Source: an uncultured bacterium (GTDB lineage Bacteria; UBP4; UBA4092). From it: a DNA stretch of 47,180 nucleotides. Of the stretch, positions 8,940-20,830 are shown piece after piece. Every line of letters begins with the position of its first letter. Within the stretch, counting starts at the first letter, position 1. Below the pieces are notes generated by a model that was not told the origin of the DNA, ran no database searches, and worked only from the letters and a program-made list of their open reading frames with translations. The stretch is from contig CAZXWN010000008.1 in the NCBI GenBank assembly GCA_964644695.1, forward strand, positions 62,001 through 109,180, in the 5' to 3' direction. The position numbers and the translations under genes are program-made.

Positions 8940-11900
8940 CTAAATCTCGCCGTCAGTTCCGAAATCTTCTTCCGGAAGGTCTTCAATTTCCACTTCTGTA
9001 TCAACACCGAGGAGTGATTCCTCATCTGTGCTGATTCCACTGAGGGAAGACAGGGCTGCTCTCTGTCGTTCTTCCTGTAAAGTTAACAGGAAGTCTAACA
9101 TCCGTTTCTGTTTGGGCGAATTTTCCAAACCGGTACCAGCCGGGATTAGTCGTCCCATAATAACATTCTCTTTCAGTCCCCGCAAGTAATCTGTCTTCGC
9201 CTGAACAGAGGCTTCAGTCAGAACACGGGTTGTTTCCTGGAAGGATGCCGCAGAAATGAAGGATTCTGTTTCCAGTGAGGCCTTGGTGATACCCAGTAAT
9301 TTGGCATCAGCCTGAGCCAGCTGGCCGCCTTCGCGAGCTACCCGATCATTTTCTTCATCAAAGGTAAATCGGTCAACTTGCTGGTCGAACAGGAAGTTTG
9401 TATCACCGATCTCACGGACAACAACTTTACGCAACATCTGACGAATAATGGTTTCAATGTGCTTATCGTTGATGCCTACACCCTGTAACCGGTACACTTC
9501 CTGAATTTCGTTCAACATGAACTGCTGAACTTCTTTCTGACCTTTGATTCGGAGAACATCATGCGGATCAACCACACCATCGGTCATCTGTTCACCGGCT
9601 TTTACCTGGTCACCATTATTGATGTTTAAGTGACGGTGTAAAGGAATATCATACTGGCGTTCTTCACCGTAATCAGTCCGGATCACAACACGCCGGTAAC
9701 CACGATGGATTTCACCAACTTCAATCACACCATCCACTTCAGCAATTGTGGCTTTTTCCTTGGGTTTACGAGCTTCAAACAACTCGGCAACACGGGGAAG
9801 ACCACCGGTGATGTCCTTGGAAATGGTTTTTTCTTTCGGAATCAGAGCAATGGTATCGCCGGCAAAGATGGGTTTACCATCCTGAATATCCTGAGCAATA
9901 CGGCAACCACTGGGCAGTGAATAGGAATTGATAAGTTTATTTTTATCATTGAGGATTTCAATGGACGGATGTTTTGGAGCCGCTTTGACTTCACGCTGTT
10001 CTGTAATACTGCGAACAACATTACCAGTGACTTCATCAACATCCCGTTTCAAGGTTACGCCATCGAGAATATCACGGAAGCGAACGATTCCGCTTTCTTC
10101 CGCAATAATCAATGTGTTGTGCGGATCCCACTGGGCAATTCGGTCATTCACTTTTACTGAAGAACCGTCTTCGGCAAAGAGGATTGCACCTTTGACGATG
10201 TTCGGGAACCGCTGAATAACACGACCTGGCTTAGTCGGATCAATTTCATCGGGCTCATGAATTGCGACGGAACCGCCACGATTCAAGACTACTTTTTTAC
10301 CATTTTTATTAATAACGCTCTTCACATCAGTGTACTGAAGGATACCGTCTTTGGTTGCCTGGTACCAACCTTCAGAAACTAAGGACGCCGCACCACCGAT
10401 ATGGAAGGTACGAAGGGTAAGCTGAGTACCCGGTTCACCGATGGACTGGGCAGCCATAGTTCCAACGGCTTCACCAATTTCCACCATCTTACCGGTTGAA
10501 AGGTCAGCTCCGTAACACCGTGCACACACACCCCGCCGAGTTTCGCAGGTCAACACAGAACGGATTCGAACTTCTTCAATACCCGCATCTTCAATAACTT
10601 TGGCTGTTTTTTCATCAACCAATTCATTGGCAGCCACGATGATTTCACCGGTCCGGGGGTGCATAACGTCATCCAGAACAACTCGGCCGTGAACACGGTC
10701 AGACAAAGCTTCCAGGATACGTTCACCTTTGGGGGTAATTTCTTTAATGGCACGGATATCAATACCTTTGATGGTACCGCAGTCTTGTTCGGTAATAATA
10801 ACATCCTGCGCCACATCAACCAGACGACGAGTCAAATACCCTGCGTCAGCGGTCTTTAGTGCTGTATCTGCTAACCCCTTACGGGCACCGTGGGTCGAAA
10901 TGAAGTATTCCAACACGGTGAGACCTTCACGGAAGTTGGATGAAATCGGGTTTTCAATAATTTCACCAATACCACCGGTAAGTCGTTTAACAGGTTTGGC
11001 CATCAAACCTCTCATACCAGCCAGCTGTTTAATCTGTTGCTGACTACCACGAGCACCTGAATCGGCCATAATATAAATGGGGTTAAACCCATTTTGGTCT
11101 TTTTCTAATCCAGTCATCATTTCAGCCGCAACCACATCAGAAGTTCGGTTCCAGACATCAATAACTTTCTGGTATCTTTCAGAGTTGGTGATAACACCAC
11201 GGTTGTGGTCAGAAGAAATCTTGGAGACTTCCTCATTTGACTGGTTTAAGATTTCTTGTTTCTTTTTAGGAATAACTAAATCGTCAATCTTAACGGAGAT
11301 ACCCGCCATTGTTGCAAACCGGAACCCTGTGGATTTCAAAGTATCCAACAGGATAACAGTCTGATCATTACCATGTTTCTTATGGTAATCAGCCACCAAA
11401 CCAAATAGTGCTTTTTTGGTCATAGTTTCATTAGCATACGGGCTGGACTTTTTATCAAGGAAGTTCAGATTTTCGGGCAATTCCATATCAAATAAGACAC
11501 GGCCGACAGTGGTTACTACCCACTCCTGGGAACCATCAGCCCGCTTATCACGGACCAATACCCAGTCGTGGAGTTTCACAATGTGGTGATCCCATGCCAT
11601 ATTTACTTCTTCACGATTACCAAACCGTTTGAGAGAGTTTTTATCCACATCAGAAGATTTGAGGATAGGTTTGGTCAGATAATAACAGCCAAGTACGGCG
11701 TCCTGGGTCGGGCCAGCCACCGGTTTACCGGAGGAAGGCTGCAGGATGTTCTTGGAAGAAAGCATGATGTTCTCAGCTTCCCATACAGCAGGGGGAGACA
11801 GAGGAACGTGGACTGCCATCTGGTCACCGTCAAAGTCGGCGTTGTAGGCGGTACAAACCATCGGGTGAAGACGTATGGCTTTACCTTCAACAAGAACGGG

Positions 11901-13340
11901 ATAGAAGGCCTGGATACCCAGACGGTGAAGAGTCGGAGCTCGGTTCAGCATGACCGGATGGTTCTTGGTCACTTCATCGAGCACATCAAACACTTCCTTA
12001 TCCTCACGGTCAATCATGCGTTTTGCAGATCGGATGGAATTGGCGTAACCGCGCTGTTCCAACTTCCGGATAATGAAGGGTTCAAACAATTCCAACGCCA
12101 TCTTCTTGGGCAAACCACACTGATAGAACTTCAGTTCGGGACCCACGACGATAACGGAACGGCCGGAATAGTCAACGCGTTTACCTAACAGGTTCTGACG
12201 GAACCGACCCTGTTTCCCTTTCAACATATCAGAAAGAGACTTCAGGGGAATATTATTTTGCCCACGGATTGGTTTGCCGCGGCGACCGTTATCAAACAGG
12301 GCATCCACAGCTTCCTGGAGCATTCGCTTTTCATTTCGGATAATAACTTCCGGAGCGTTGATGTCCATCAATTTCCGGAGACGATTATTACGATTAATAA
12401 CCCGGCGGTACAGATCATTCAAGTCTGATGAAGCAAACCGGCCACCATCCAGTGGAACCAGAGGACGTAAATCGGGTGGTAATACCGGAATAACATCCAT
12501 AATCATCCATTCCGGACGATTAGTAGAATCACGGAAAGACTCTACAACCTTCAGACGTTTAATAATCCGTTTCCGCTTTTGAATGGAACTGGTTTCACGC
12601 ATCTCTTTGTGAAGCTGATCAGCCAAAGAAACACAGTCAATTCGACCCAAGAGTTCTTTGATGGCTTCGGCACCCATTTTAGCTTCGAACCGATCACCAT
12701 ATTCGCTCTTGAGGTTATAGTATCGTTCTTCAGTTAATAATTCCCGTTCCTGAATCCCAGTAACATCACCAGGATTAGTCACAATAAATTCCTGGAAATA
12801 CAGGACACGTGACAGAGCGGCCATTGTCAGGTCTAACAGGTTACCGATACGGCTGGGCGTTCCTTTGAAGAACCAGATGTGACAGACCGGAGCCGCCAGT
12901 TTAATATAACCCAACCGGCTACGGCGGACTGAAGCTTTAGTTACTTCAACACCGCATCGGTCACAAACCACGTTTTTATACTTAATACGCTTAAATTTAC
13001 CGCAGGAGCACTCGTAATCTTTGACCGGACCAAAAATCCGTTCACAGAATAGACCGTCCCGTTCAGGCTTGAAGGTTCGGTAGTTAATCGTCTCCGGCTT
13101 TTTTACTTCGCCGATAGAGGGATAATCTAATACGCCTTCTTTAACCCGATCATGAAGAGGATTGGGTCGTTCAACCTGTTTATATTGTCTTCGTACCCAG
13201 TCCAGAATCTGATCCGGAGCAGCAATGCTGACCCGCAACGCTTCAATCTGGTTGATGTTCAGGGCACCAGAGAAATCATGGAATGATCCTTTGGTACCAC
13301 TTAGTGCTTCGAAATCTATATTGGGAGTGTTCGTCGCCAT
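8940..13340 (-). CDS. rpoC: DNA-directed RNA polymerase subunit beta'
   Basis: [13 protein letters not shown], Zn-finger cysteines, catalytic [27 protein letters not shown]. Confidence 0.99.
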   Translation of the reverse strand: MATNTPNIDFEALSGTKGSFHDFSGALNINQIEALRVSIAAPDQILDWVRRQYKQVERPNPLHDRVKEGVLDYPSIGEVKKPETINYRTFKPERDGLFCERIFGPVKDYECSCGKFKRIKYKNVVCDRCGVEVTKASVRRSRLGYIKLAAPVCHIWFFKGTPSRIGNLLDLTMAALSRVLYFQEFIVTNPGDVTGIQERELLTEERYYNLKSEYGDRFEAKMGAEAIKELLGRIDCVSLADQLHKEMRETSSIQKRKRIIKRLKVVESFRDSTNRPEWMIMDVIPVLPPDLRPLVPLDGGRFASSDLNDLYRRVINRNNRLRKLMDINAPEVIIRNEKRMLQEAVDALFDNGRRGKPIRGQNNIPLKSLSDMLKGKQGRFRQNLLGKRVDYSGRSVIVVGPELKFYQCGLPKKMALELFEPFIIRKLEQRGYANSIRSAKRMIDREDKEVFDVLDEVTKNHPVMLNRAPTLHRLGIQAFYPVLVEGKAIRLHPMVCTAYNADFDGDQMAVHVPLSPPAVWEAENIMLSSKNILQPSSGKPVAGPTQDAVLGCYYLTKPILKSSDVDKNSLKRFGNREEVNMAWDHHIVKLHDWVLVRDKRADGSQEWVVTTVGRVLFDMELPENLNFLDKKSSPYANETMTKKALFGLVADYHKKHGNDQTVILLDTLKSTGFRFATMAGISVKIDDLVIPKKKQEILNQSNEEVSKISSDHNRGVITNSERYQKVIDVWNRTSDVVAAEMMTGLEKDQNGFNPIYIMADSGARGSQQQIKQLAGMRGLMAKPVKRLTGGIGEIIENPISSNFREGLTVLEYFISTHGARKGLADTALKTADAGYLTRRLVDVAQDVIITEQDCGTIKGIDIRAIKEITPKGERILEALSDRVHGRVVLDDVMHPRTGEIIVAANELVDEKTAKVIEDAGIEEVRIRSVLTCETRRGVCARCYGADLSTGKMVEIGEAVGTMAAQSIGEPGTQLTLRTFHIGGAASLVSEGWYQATKDGILQYTDVKSVINKNGKKVVLNRGGSVAIHEPDEIDPTKPGRVIQRFPNIVKGAILFAEDGSSVKVNDRIAQWDPHNTLIIAEESGIVRFRDILDGVTLKRDVDEVTGNVVRSITEQREVKAAPKHPSIEILNDKNKLINSYSLPSGCRIAQDIQDGKPIFAGDTIALIPKEKTISKDITGGLPRVAELFEARKPKEKATIAEVDGVIEVGEIHRGYRRVVIRTDYGEERQYDIPLHRHLNINNGDQVKAGEQMTDGVVDPHDVLRIKGQKEVQQFMLNEIQEVYRLQGVGINDKHIETIIRQMLRKVVVREIGDTNFLFDQQVDRFTFDEENDRVAREGGQLAQADAKLLGITKASLETESFISAASFQETTRVLTEASVQAKTDYLRGLKENVIMGRLIPAGTGLENSPKQKRMLDFLLTLQEERQRAALSSLSGISTDEESLLGVDTEVEIEDLPEEDFGTDGEI

Positions 13341-13400
13341 GGGCTCTCCTCGTTATCTTTTATACTGCGTTTAATCACTCTTTGTTGGTCGTTTATCCGA

Positions 13401-16400
13401 TTAATCCTGCGGGATGTCATCCAAGGGCACTGATTCAGTAACCGCAGGGACTTCCTCACCGTTTTCCAGTTCTGGCAAGTTCTTGGAGAGAATCTCCATG
13501 TTCAAGCCAAGAGACTGTAATTCCTTCACTAATACATTGAAGGACTCAGGGATACCCGGAGTAAACTTATCTTCATTCTTCACGATGCCTTCGTAGATGG
13601 CAGTACGGCCGGCCACATCGTCTGATTTGACCGTCAGTAATTCCTGCAGAATGTGTGCCGCACCATAAGCTTCCAGTGCCCACACTTCCATTTCACCGAA
13701 TCTCTGACCACCGAACTGCGCCTTACCACCGAGAGGCTGTTGTGTAACCAATGAGTATGGCCCGATGGCACGAGCGTGAATTTTGTCGTCAACCATGTGA
13801 GCCAGTTTCAGCATATACATGATACCGACAGTCACTTCACGTTCAAAAGCTTCACCGGTACGTCCATCATAGACTTTAATGGCACCTGATTCCGGGAGAC
13901 CCGCTTCGCGGAGTTTATCCTTGATATCAGACTCTTCAGCTCCGGCAAACACCGGGGTTGCAACAGTAATACCAAGCTTGCTGGCTGCCCAGCCAAGGTG
14001 ACATTCCATAATCTGTCCGATGTTCATACGAGACGGAACACCCATCGGGTTCAGAACGATATCTACGGGAGTACCATCTGCCAGGAAGGGCATGTCATTT
14101 TCCGGGAGAACCCGAGAGATAACACCCTTATTACCGTGACGGCCTGCGAGCTTATCACCGACAGACAGTTTACGTTTCTGGGCGACATACACTTTCACCA
14201 TCTTCTTGACGCCCGGGGGTAATTCATCTCCGTGCTTGATGTGTTCCAGTTCTTTGCCGCGTTCAATCTCAATACGCTCGAGTTTTTCTTCTTCGTATCG
14301 GAAGTTGATGTCGAGAGCATTCATGACATCTTTATTGGAACAGGATAAGGATTCACTCTTCCAGTTCTTATGGAATAAATCCACAACATCCTGTTTTACC
14401 GGATCACCAGCCTTCCAGAGAGTTTTCTGGGTATTGCTGGAAATAATATCGGCTTTACCCTTGGCATTGAGCAGGGTTTCGATTCGAGCTTTAGTTTCGG
14501 CCCGAAGCTGCCGTTTTAAATCATCATATTTCTTGTTGGCTTCATCCAAGAGTTTGTTTTCAGAGGCCTTTTCTCCCGGCTGGGTATAATCTTTCCGAGT
14601 GAAAGTACGAGTGCTGATAACAATACCTGTGACTCCCGGAGGAACTCTCAAGGAACTGTCGAGAGTTTCAGAAGCCTTTTCACCGAAGATAGCGCGCAAT
14701 AACTTTTCTTCACTGGAAAGTTCGGTTTCACCTTTCGGTGTAACTTTACCAACCAAGATATCATTCGGCCGAACTTCAGCACCGGGGCAAATAACACCCT
14801 GTTCATCCAAATTACGGAGGGCTTCTTCACCTACATTGGGGATATCCCGGGTAATTTCTTCCGGGCCCAGCTTCGTTTCACGGGCTTCAGTCTCAAATTC
14901 CTCAATGTGGACAGAAGTCATTAAGTCTTCACGAACCACACGTTCAGAAATCAGGATAGCATCTTCAAAGTTATAACCACCCCATGGCATGATGGCGGCC
15001 AGCAAGTTACGACCTAATGCCAGTTCACCCATGTTGGTTGCCGGACCATCTGCTAACACATCGCCTTTTTTCACAGACTGGCCAGGGACAACGACCGGTT
15101 TCTGGTTAAGGCAAGTATCCTGGTTAGAGCGTAAGAATTTCCGTAAGGAGTATTCCCGTTCTTTACCCGGTAACCAGGGGGAAGAATCGGCTTCGGTTTC
15201 ACGGATAACAATCCGGTCACCGGAAACATGGAGAACCACACCAGCATTTTCAGCCAACACGGTCATTCCAGAGTCCTGAGCGGCACGTTTTTCCATACCA
15301 GTACCAACAAATGGGGCCTGAGTACGAATCAGAGGAACAGCCTGCCGTTGCATGTTAGAACCCATGAGTGCACGGTTGGCGTCATCGTGTTCAAGGAACG
15401 GAATCAGTGAAGCGGATACGGAAACCAACTGTTTCGGGCTGACATCCATATACTCGACTTCCTCTGGAACCAACCTAATGTAATCATCAAAGTCTCGAAC
15501 CAGGATTGACTGAGACTGGAGTTTTCCGGTCTTTGGATCAATAGGTTCATTTGCCTGACAGATAGAAAATTCGTCTTCGGCATCGGCTGACAGATATTCA
15601 ATCACCGGGCTGCCATCTTTATTTCTGGCAACTTTACCGTTTTCGATTTTTACATAAGGACTTTCAATAAAACCGAAATCATTAATACGAGCATAGCTGG
15701 CCAGGGAGTTAATCAACCCGATGTTTGGACCTTCTGGGGTTTCAATCGGACAAATCCGGCCATAATGCGTATAGTGTACGTCACGGACTTCAAATCCGGC
15801 GCGGTCACGATTCAAACCACCCGGCCCAAGGGCAGATAACCGCCGCTTGTGAGTAAGTTCCGATAACGGGTTAGTCTGGTCCATAAACTGAGACAATTGA
15901 GACCGGCCAAAGAAATCTTTAATCCCATTGATTAATGGGCGGTGATTAATCAGGCTGGCCGGCATGACATTGTCAATGTCCAACAGACCCATACGTTCTT
16001 TCATACTGCGCTCCATGGAAGCCAGACCAATACGAACCTGGTTTTCCAGGAGTTCACCGACAGACCGGACACGCCGGTTGCCAAGGTGGTCAATATCATC
16101 GACAGAACCCTGATTGCGGGGGATTCCAGTCAGGTATTTCAAAATATCAATAATGTCATCAAGTTCCAAAAGCTGGGCTTCTGTTACATTTTTATTTTTG
16201 CCCATCTTCTGATTCAGGCGATAACGACCCACTTTGCCTAAATGATAGCGTTTTGGATTCTTGAAAAGGCTTTCCAGGAGGCTTTCGCCGGCTTTGGGGC
16301 TGGCGGGGTTCCCGGGACGAATCTTCCGGTAAAATTCAACCAATGCATCATCTTTACTGCGGAATTTATCGTCATTTAAGGTCTTCAATAAGGTTTCTGT

Positions 16401-17495
16401 ATCTCGACGAGGATCAAAAACAAGAACAGAAACTTCTTCAATATTTAATTCACGAATCCGGCGATACAGGGATGAATCAACCCGTTTTTTGGATTCGGCA
16501 ATAACTTCACCTGTTTCAATATCAACCAAGTCTTCAGCCAAAATGCGGCCAAGGATGGGGTGTCCACCCTTTACGTCGGTAATTTTAACGTGGGAGATAT
16601 TATAGGACCGGAGTTGAACAATCACCCGGCCGGTAATTCGATCACCCGCGGATACCAGGGGTTCAGCCCGAACTCCTGCAGGGTCGAAGATATCTTCATG
16701 AATCGTGTAATCCCCGATGTAGCTTTGTAAATCCATCAAGGGGATTTCTTTAGACGGTTTTTCACGACCAGAAACTTTTACCCGTTCAACATCAAAGAAT
16801 AATTTGAGGATGTCTTCATCGGTTTCACAGCCGAAACATCTTAACAGGGTAGAAGCGTGGAATTTACGACGACGGTCAATACTCACATATAACCGATCGT
16901 TGTTGTCGATTTCAAATTCCAACCAGGCACCGCGGGTAGGAATTACCCGGGCATAATACAAAGGCCGACCGGAGGAATGACGTTCTTCCGAGAAAGTGAC
17001 ACCAGGAGACCGGTGTAACTGAGAAACAACGACACGCTCTGCGCCATTAATAATAAAGGTGCCGCGGGGAGTCATTAACGGCAATTCGCCGATATAGACT
17101 TCCTGCTCCTTGATTTCTTTGATACTTTTATTACCCGTGATTAAATCCGATTCTTTGATAATGAGTCGGAACATCACTTTGAGTGGGGCAGAATAAGATA
17201 TGCCCCGTTCTACGCACTCTTCTTCCGAATACTTGGGTTGGCCCAGATCATACTGGACAAAATCAAGTGTCGAAGAATCACCGCTTGCAGCAGTGGTCGT
17301 GATGGGGAATGTGGCCCGCAGGGCTCCCTGCAGACCGATTTCTTTACGATGGTTTGGCGTTACACGCAACTGCAGAAAATCTTCATAACTCTTCTGCTGC
17401 GTCTCAATCAGATTCGGGACTTCAATACTGTCCTTCAACTTGCCAAAATCCAAGCGTGTCTTCGGGGCTTTTGCTCCCGCAGAAGTGCTGGTCAT
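13401..17495 (-). CDS. rpoB: DNA-directed RNA polymerase subunit beta (start moved to ATG 17495, downstream of GGAGGT RBS)
   Basis: [42 protein letters not shown]. Confidence 0.99.
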   Translation of the reverse strand: MTSTSAGAKAPKTRLDFGKLKDSIEVPNLIETQQKSYEDFLQLRVTPNHRKEIGLQGALRATFPITTTAASGDSSTLDFVQYDLGQPKYSEEECVERGISYSAPLKVMFRLIIKESDLITGNKSIKEIKEQEVYIGELPLMTPRGTFIINGAERVVVSQLHRSPGVTFSEERHSSGRPLYYARVIPTRGAWLEFEIDNNDRLYVSIDRRRKFHASTLLRCFGCETDEDILKLFFDVERVKVSGREKPSKEIPLMDLQSYIGDYTIHEDIFDPAGVRAEPLVSAGDRITGRVIVQLRSYNISHVKITDVKGGHPILGRILAEDLVDIETGEVIAESKKRVDSSLYRRIRELNIEEVSVLVFDPRRDTETLLKTLNDDKFRSKDDALVEFYRKIRPGNPASPKAGESLLESLFKNPKRYHLGKVGRYRLNQKMGKNKNVTEAQLLELDDIIDILKYLTGIPRNQGSVDDIDHLGNRRVRSVGELLENQVRIGLASMERSMKERMGLLDIDNVMPASLINHRPLINGIKDFFGRSQLSQFMDQTNPLSELTHKRRLSALGPGGLNRDRAGFEVRDVHYTHYGRICPIETPEGPNIGLINSLASYARINDFGFIESPYVKIENGKVARNKDGSPVIEYLSADAEDEFSICQANEPIDPKTGKLQSQSILVRDFDDYIRLVPEEVEYMDVSPKQLVSVSASLIPFLEHDDANRALMGSNMQRQAVPLIRTQAPFVGTGMEKRAAQDSGMTVLAENAGVVLHVSGDRIVIRETEADSSPWLPGKEREYSLRKFLRSNQDTCLNQKPVVVPGQSVKKGDVLADGPATNMGELALGRNLLAAIMPWGGYNFEDAILISERVVREDLMTSVHIEEFETEARETKLGPEEITRDIPNVGEEALRNLDEQGVICPGAEVRPNDILVGKVTPKGETELSSEEKLLRAIFGEKASETLDSSLRVPPGVTGIVISTRTFTRKDYTQPGEKASENKLLDEANKKYDDLKRQLRAETKARIETLLNAKGKADIISSNTQKTLWKAGDPVKQDVVDLFHKNWKSESLSCSNKDVMNALDINFRYEEEKLERIEIERGKELEHIKHGDELPPGVKKMVKVYVAQKRKLSVGDKLAGRHGNKGVISRVLPENDMPFLADGTPVDIVLNPMGVPSRMNIGQIMECHLGWAASKLGITVATPVFAGAEESDIKDKLREAGLPESGAIKVYDGRTGEAFEREVTVGIMYMLKLAHMVDDKIHARAIGPYSLVTQQPLGGKAQFGGQRFGEMEVWALEAYGAAHILQELLTVKSDDVAGRTAIYEGIVKNEDKFTPGIPESFNVLVKELQSLGLNMEILSKNLPELENGEEVPAVTESVPLDDIPQD

Positions 17496-17624
17496 GGGTG
17501 GGATAACCTCCATATGTCATTATGTGGAGACATTTTTAGAGACAAAGTATTATTATAGAGAAAAATATACCGTTCTGTCAACATCGAGTGTCGCAGTTCT
17601 GATAATGCCATTTATTTTTTCCAG

Positions 17625-17766
17625 TTTTGGAAACGGGTCTTATCTTCGTTTCCATCCGGTTAACCCGGATGATTACCGTCGGCCGCCAAGTTCAGGTGGG
17701 AAGCGGCTGATGACAATTCTGGTCGAACCCGGGGGTGGCTCCCCCGTCTCGGTTCTATCCAAAATT
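17625..17766 (-). promoter_or_regulatory. Putative structured 5' leader RNA of rpoB (four consecutive hairpins)
   Basis: GC-rich block in an AT-rich intergenic region; stems 17715-17766, 17678-17711, 17653-17671, 17628-17654. Confidence 0.45.
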
Positions 17767-17894
17767 CTACCTAAACTCTTTACTAATTGGAATACTTATT
17801 TTTTTTTATTTTCATGCTTATATATGTCCTGCCAATATGACACACCCCCGAAGCAAGCAATCAAAAATTTCATAACCTATTGATAATAGGCAAC

Positions 17895-17930
17895 AAAAAA
17901 CCGCTGGCTCTTCAGGAAGTCAGCGGTTTT
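17895..17930 (-). terminator. Intrinsic terminator of the ABC transporter operon
   Basis: CCGCTGGCT/AGTCAGCGG stem with A6 and T4 flanks. Confidence 0.8.
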
Positions 17931-17949
17931 AGTTAATTCAAGAGGTTCG

Positions 17950-18963
17950 TTAAACGATGGGACCCGACTGGGGATTGAAACAGGACACCCAATGGCCGGG
18001 CCGTATTTCTTCCAGATGGGGTTCATCCCGGTTACATTTCCCTTCCAGCCACATGGGGCAGCGGGGGTGGAATTTACACCCCGGGGGAAGTTCCATCAAA
18101 CTGGGAATATCGAGGCTTCTGAGTTGAACAGGCTTCTTAGACCGGGTTTTCATTGGGTCAGCTTCCGGTAAGGCCTGCAACAGGATCCGGGTATAGGGAT
18201 GTGCCGAATTATTAATAATATCGAGTGTCGGTCCAATTTCCACTAATCGACCCAGATACATGACAGCAATTCGGCCATGGTTCTTTCCGAAATATTTGGC
18301 AATAGCCAAATCGTGAGTAATAAACAGGAACGTAACACCCATATCATCTTTGAGTTTCAGTAACAGGTCCACTACGGACAATCGGATAGAGATATCCAGC
18401 ATGGATACCGCTTCGTCAGCCACAATAAACCGAGGATTCATGGTCAGGGTTCGTGCGATAGATACCCGCTGGCGCTGTCCTCCCGATAACTGGTGGGGAT
18501 ATTTGTTAATAAAATCACCGGGGGGGGATAATTCAACCCGCTTCAGGAGTTCTTCGACTTTGGCTTCGGCATCTTTGCGACCCTTTGCCAATCCATGTCG
18601 GAGTAATGGGGCGGAAATAATGTCATATATCCGCTGAGTTGGATTAAGGGAAGTGTATGGGTCCTGATGGATCATCTGGACTTTCTTCCGGAAAACGGGC
18701 CAAGTTGTACGGTTTTCCAGGTCCACGTTCTTACCATCATAATTCAAATCACCCGAAGTCCGGGGAAGGAGTCCGGCAACTATCTTACCCACTGTGGTCT
18801 TACCGCATCCAGATTCGCCGACAACAGAGAGAATATCTCCGGCTTCCATCGAAAAAGTAATATTATCCAGGACCCGGACCGTCTTTGCTTTTCCAAACAT
18901 GGACTGACGGACTTTAAATTCTTTAACTATATTTTTGAGTTCCAAAACGGGTGTATTGGCCAT
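17950..18963 (-). CDS. oppF: Oligopeptide/dipeptide-family ABC transporter ATP-binding protein
   Basis: GESGCGKT, LSGGQRQR, ADEA, HPYT and C-terminal Cys cluster. Confidence 0.9.
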   Translation of the reverse strand: MANTPVLELKNIVKEFKVRQSMFGKAKTVRVLDNITFSMEAGDILSVVGESGCGKTTVGKIVAGLLPRTSGDLNYDGKNVDLENRTTWPVFRKKVQMIHQDPYTSLNPTQRIYDIISAPLLRHGLAKGRKDAEAKVEELLKRVELSPPGDFINKYPHQLSGGQRQRVSIARTLTMNPRFIVADEAVSMLDISIRLSVVDLLLKLKDDMGVTFLFITHDLAIAKYFGKNHGRIAVMYLGRLVEIGPTLDIINNSAHPYTRILLQALPEADPMKTRSKKPVQLRSLDIPSLMELPPGCKFHPRCPMWLEGKCNRDEPHLEEIRPGHWVSCFNPQSGPIV

Positions 18964-18970
18964 TTAGGTC

Positions 18971-19972
18971 TTACTCCTTCTTTGTGCAATCGGCAGGGAG
19001 GGCTTTGAAACAAGCGACAAAATGCTCATCGCCTGCCTGAACCAGTTCTGGTTCGGATTCGGAACACTGGCCGTTACACTCTTCACACCGGGGCTTAAAC
19101 TTACATCCCGGGGGAAGTTTGATCAGGTCCGGTGTGGACCCTTTGATAGATGACAAGTCTTTATCTTCACCCGTAACTGTCGGGGTAGCTTTGATCAATC
19201 CCTTTGTATAGGGGTGAATAGCTCGATAGAAGATATCTTCTGTCTTGGCCATCTCCACCATGCGCCCGGCATAAACCGTAATAACACGGTCAGCCAGTTC
19301 GGCTGCCAGGGATAAATCATGCGAAACGAAGATGATGGAGACACCAAACTCTTTTTTCACCTGTTTAAGCAAATTAATGATGTTTCTCTGAGTCAGGATA
19401 TCCAAAGCAGAGGTTGCCTCATCCATAATCAGGATTTTAGGCCTTAAAAGCAGGGATAGGGCAATCAACACTCTCTGTTTCATACCACCAGAAAGTTCAT
19501 GTTGATAGGCATTCATCACCCGATTTGGGTCTAACTGAACAAACCGGAGCAATTCATTGGCCCGGGTCATGATTTCAGTATCACTATTCATCCCATGGGC
19601 TTTTCCCGTTTCAAGGAATTGCTGATTAATACGAATGACGGGATTAAAGGCATTCAAAGCACCCTGGAATACCATAGCCACCTGTTTCCATCGGAACTGG
19701 CGCATCTGCTCTTCATTCATTTTGTGCAGGGGATATTCCTTGCCATCCAGGTTGTAGGTGATGGAACCGGCGGTAATTTTTGCCGAAGGGGGAGACAGTT
19801 TTACCAGAGACATCCCCATGGTAGTCTTTCCAGAACCTGATTCCCCAATAATACAAAGGTTTTCCTGGTCATAAAGATTAAAGGAGACATTCCGAACAGC
19901 ATGTACCGGTCCCCGGCTGCTGTAATAATCTATTGAAAGGTTTTCTACGGATAATATGATTTTTCCGGCCAT
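18971..19972 (-). CDS. oppD: Oligopeptide/dipeptide-family ABC transporter ATP-binding protein
   Basis: GESGSGKT, LSGGMKQR, MDEA, HPYT. Confidence 0.9.
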   Translation of the reverse strand: MAGKIILSVENLSIDYYSSRGPVHAVRNVSFNLYDQENLCIIGESGSGKTTMGMSLVKLSPPSAKITAGSITYNLDGKEYPLHKMNEEQMRQFRWKQVAMVFQGALNAFNPVIRINQQFLETGKAHGMNSDTEIMTRANELLRFVQLDPNRVMNAYQHELSGGMKQRVLIALSLLLRPKILIMDEATSALDILTQRNIINLLKQVKKEFGVSIIFVSHDLSLAAELADRVITVYAGRMVEMAKTEDIFYRAIHPYTKGLIKATPTVTGEDKDLSSIKGSTPDLIKLPPGCKFKPRCEECNGQCSESEPELVQAGDEHFVACFKALPADCTKKE

Positions 19973-19978
19973 GATGTT

Positions 19979-20830
19979 TTACTCGGCTCCTCTCAGGCGC
20001 GGGTTAAAGATAGTCTCCAAAGACCGGGTAAAGGCGATTGCAGACCATTGGAACAGGGCGATAACAAATATCGGCGCCAGAATAAACATTAAACTGCCGC
20101 TGTAAAAGACTGCACCACGGGTCCAGGCAAACTGAATCATTAATCCCCAGTTTTCTCCAGACAGAGGAACCAGACCCAGGAAAATCAAACCGACCTGACT
20201 ATATACTGCTGCGGTCATATTGAAGATAAAGTTGATGACGACATACCCCATGAGATTGGGGAGGATTTCCTTAAAGACAATGTGATTTGTACCGAGGTCC
20301 AGAACTTTGGCAGCTTCAATATAATCTCGCGTCTTGATAGAAAGTACTTGCGACCGGACCGCACGTGCCAGTGCCGGCCAGCTTAATGCCGCCAGAAGGC
20401 CCGACAAGTAGTACACATTATCCAGTAATATGACCGTAGAAAGCACCATCAGTAAAGGCAGTCTGGGGATAGTAAGGAATACATCAACGATCCACATCAG
20501 GAGAGAATCTATCTTACCGCCGACAAATCCAGCCAGGGCACCCAGGAAGAAGGCGATTATTGTAGAGAGAACACCCGTCAATAAAGCGACAATCAATACA
20601 TCCCGTCCCCCGTTCACGATACGGGAGAAGATATCACGGCCCATGTTTTCTGTACCCAGAATATGTTGTAAACTGGGGGCCTGATAAATCTGGTCCACAC
20701 GGACAGTGTTGTCCAAGGGTATAAATATGGGGCCGACAAAAGTCATCAGGATGATAGCCATCAATACAATAAATCCGATAAATCCTGTCGTATCCGACTT
20801 CAGCATTTTATAAAGTCTATTCAGCGGCAT
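19979..20830 (-). CDS. oppC: ABC transporter permease, OppC/DppC type (likely start ATG 20830)
   Basis: HILGTENMGRDIFSR; EAA loop YIEAAKVLD; multiple TM helices. Confidence 0.9.
   Translation of the reverse strand: MPLNRLYKMLKSDTTGFIGFIVLMAIILMTFVGPIFIPLDNTVRVDQIYQAPSLQHILGTENMGRDIFSRIVNGGRDVLIVALLTGVLSTIIAFFLGALAGFVGGKIDSLLMWIVDVFLTIPRLPLLMVLSTVILLDNVYYLSGLLAALSWPALARAVRSQVLSIKTRDYIEAAKVLDLGTNHIVFKEILPNLMGYVVINFIFNMTAAVYSQVGLIFLGLVPLSGENWGLMIQFAWTRGAVFYSGSLMFILAPIFVIALFQWSAIAFTRSLETIFNPRLRGAE

Noticed and set aside
15830-15920. Possible rifampicin-resistance substitutions in rpoB
   Set aside because: SQFMDQ...THKRRLS keeps the canonical Q, D, H and S residues.
8940-17495. Many antisense ORFs inside rpoB, rpoC and other long genes
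   Set aside because: Shadow ORFs of well-supported genes, with no independent evidence.
17684-17710. TCAGGTGGGAAGCGGC on the plus strand resembles SRP RNA domain IV
   Set aside because: It lacks the GNRA-capped apical hairpin and the long rod structure; a 6S RNA reading also fails because the region folds as separate hairpins.
17440-17883. 147-aa plus-strand ORF
   Set aside because: Antisense to the rpoB start and leader, with no recognisable motifs.
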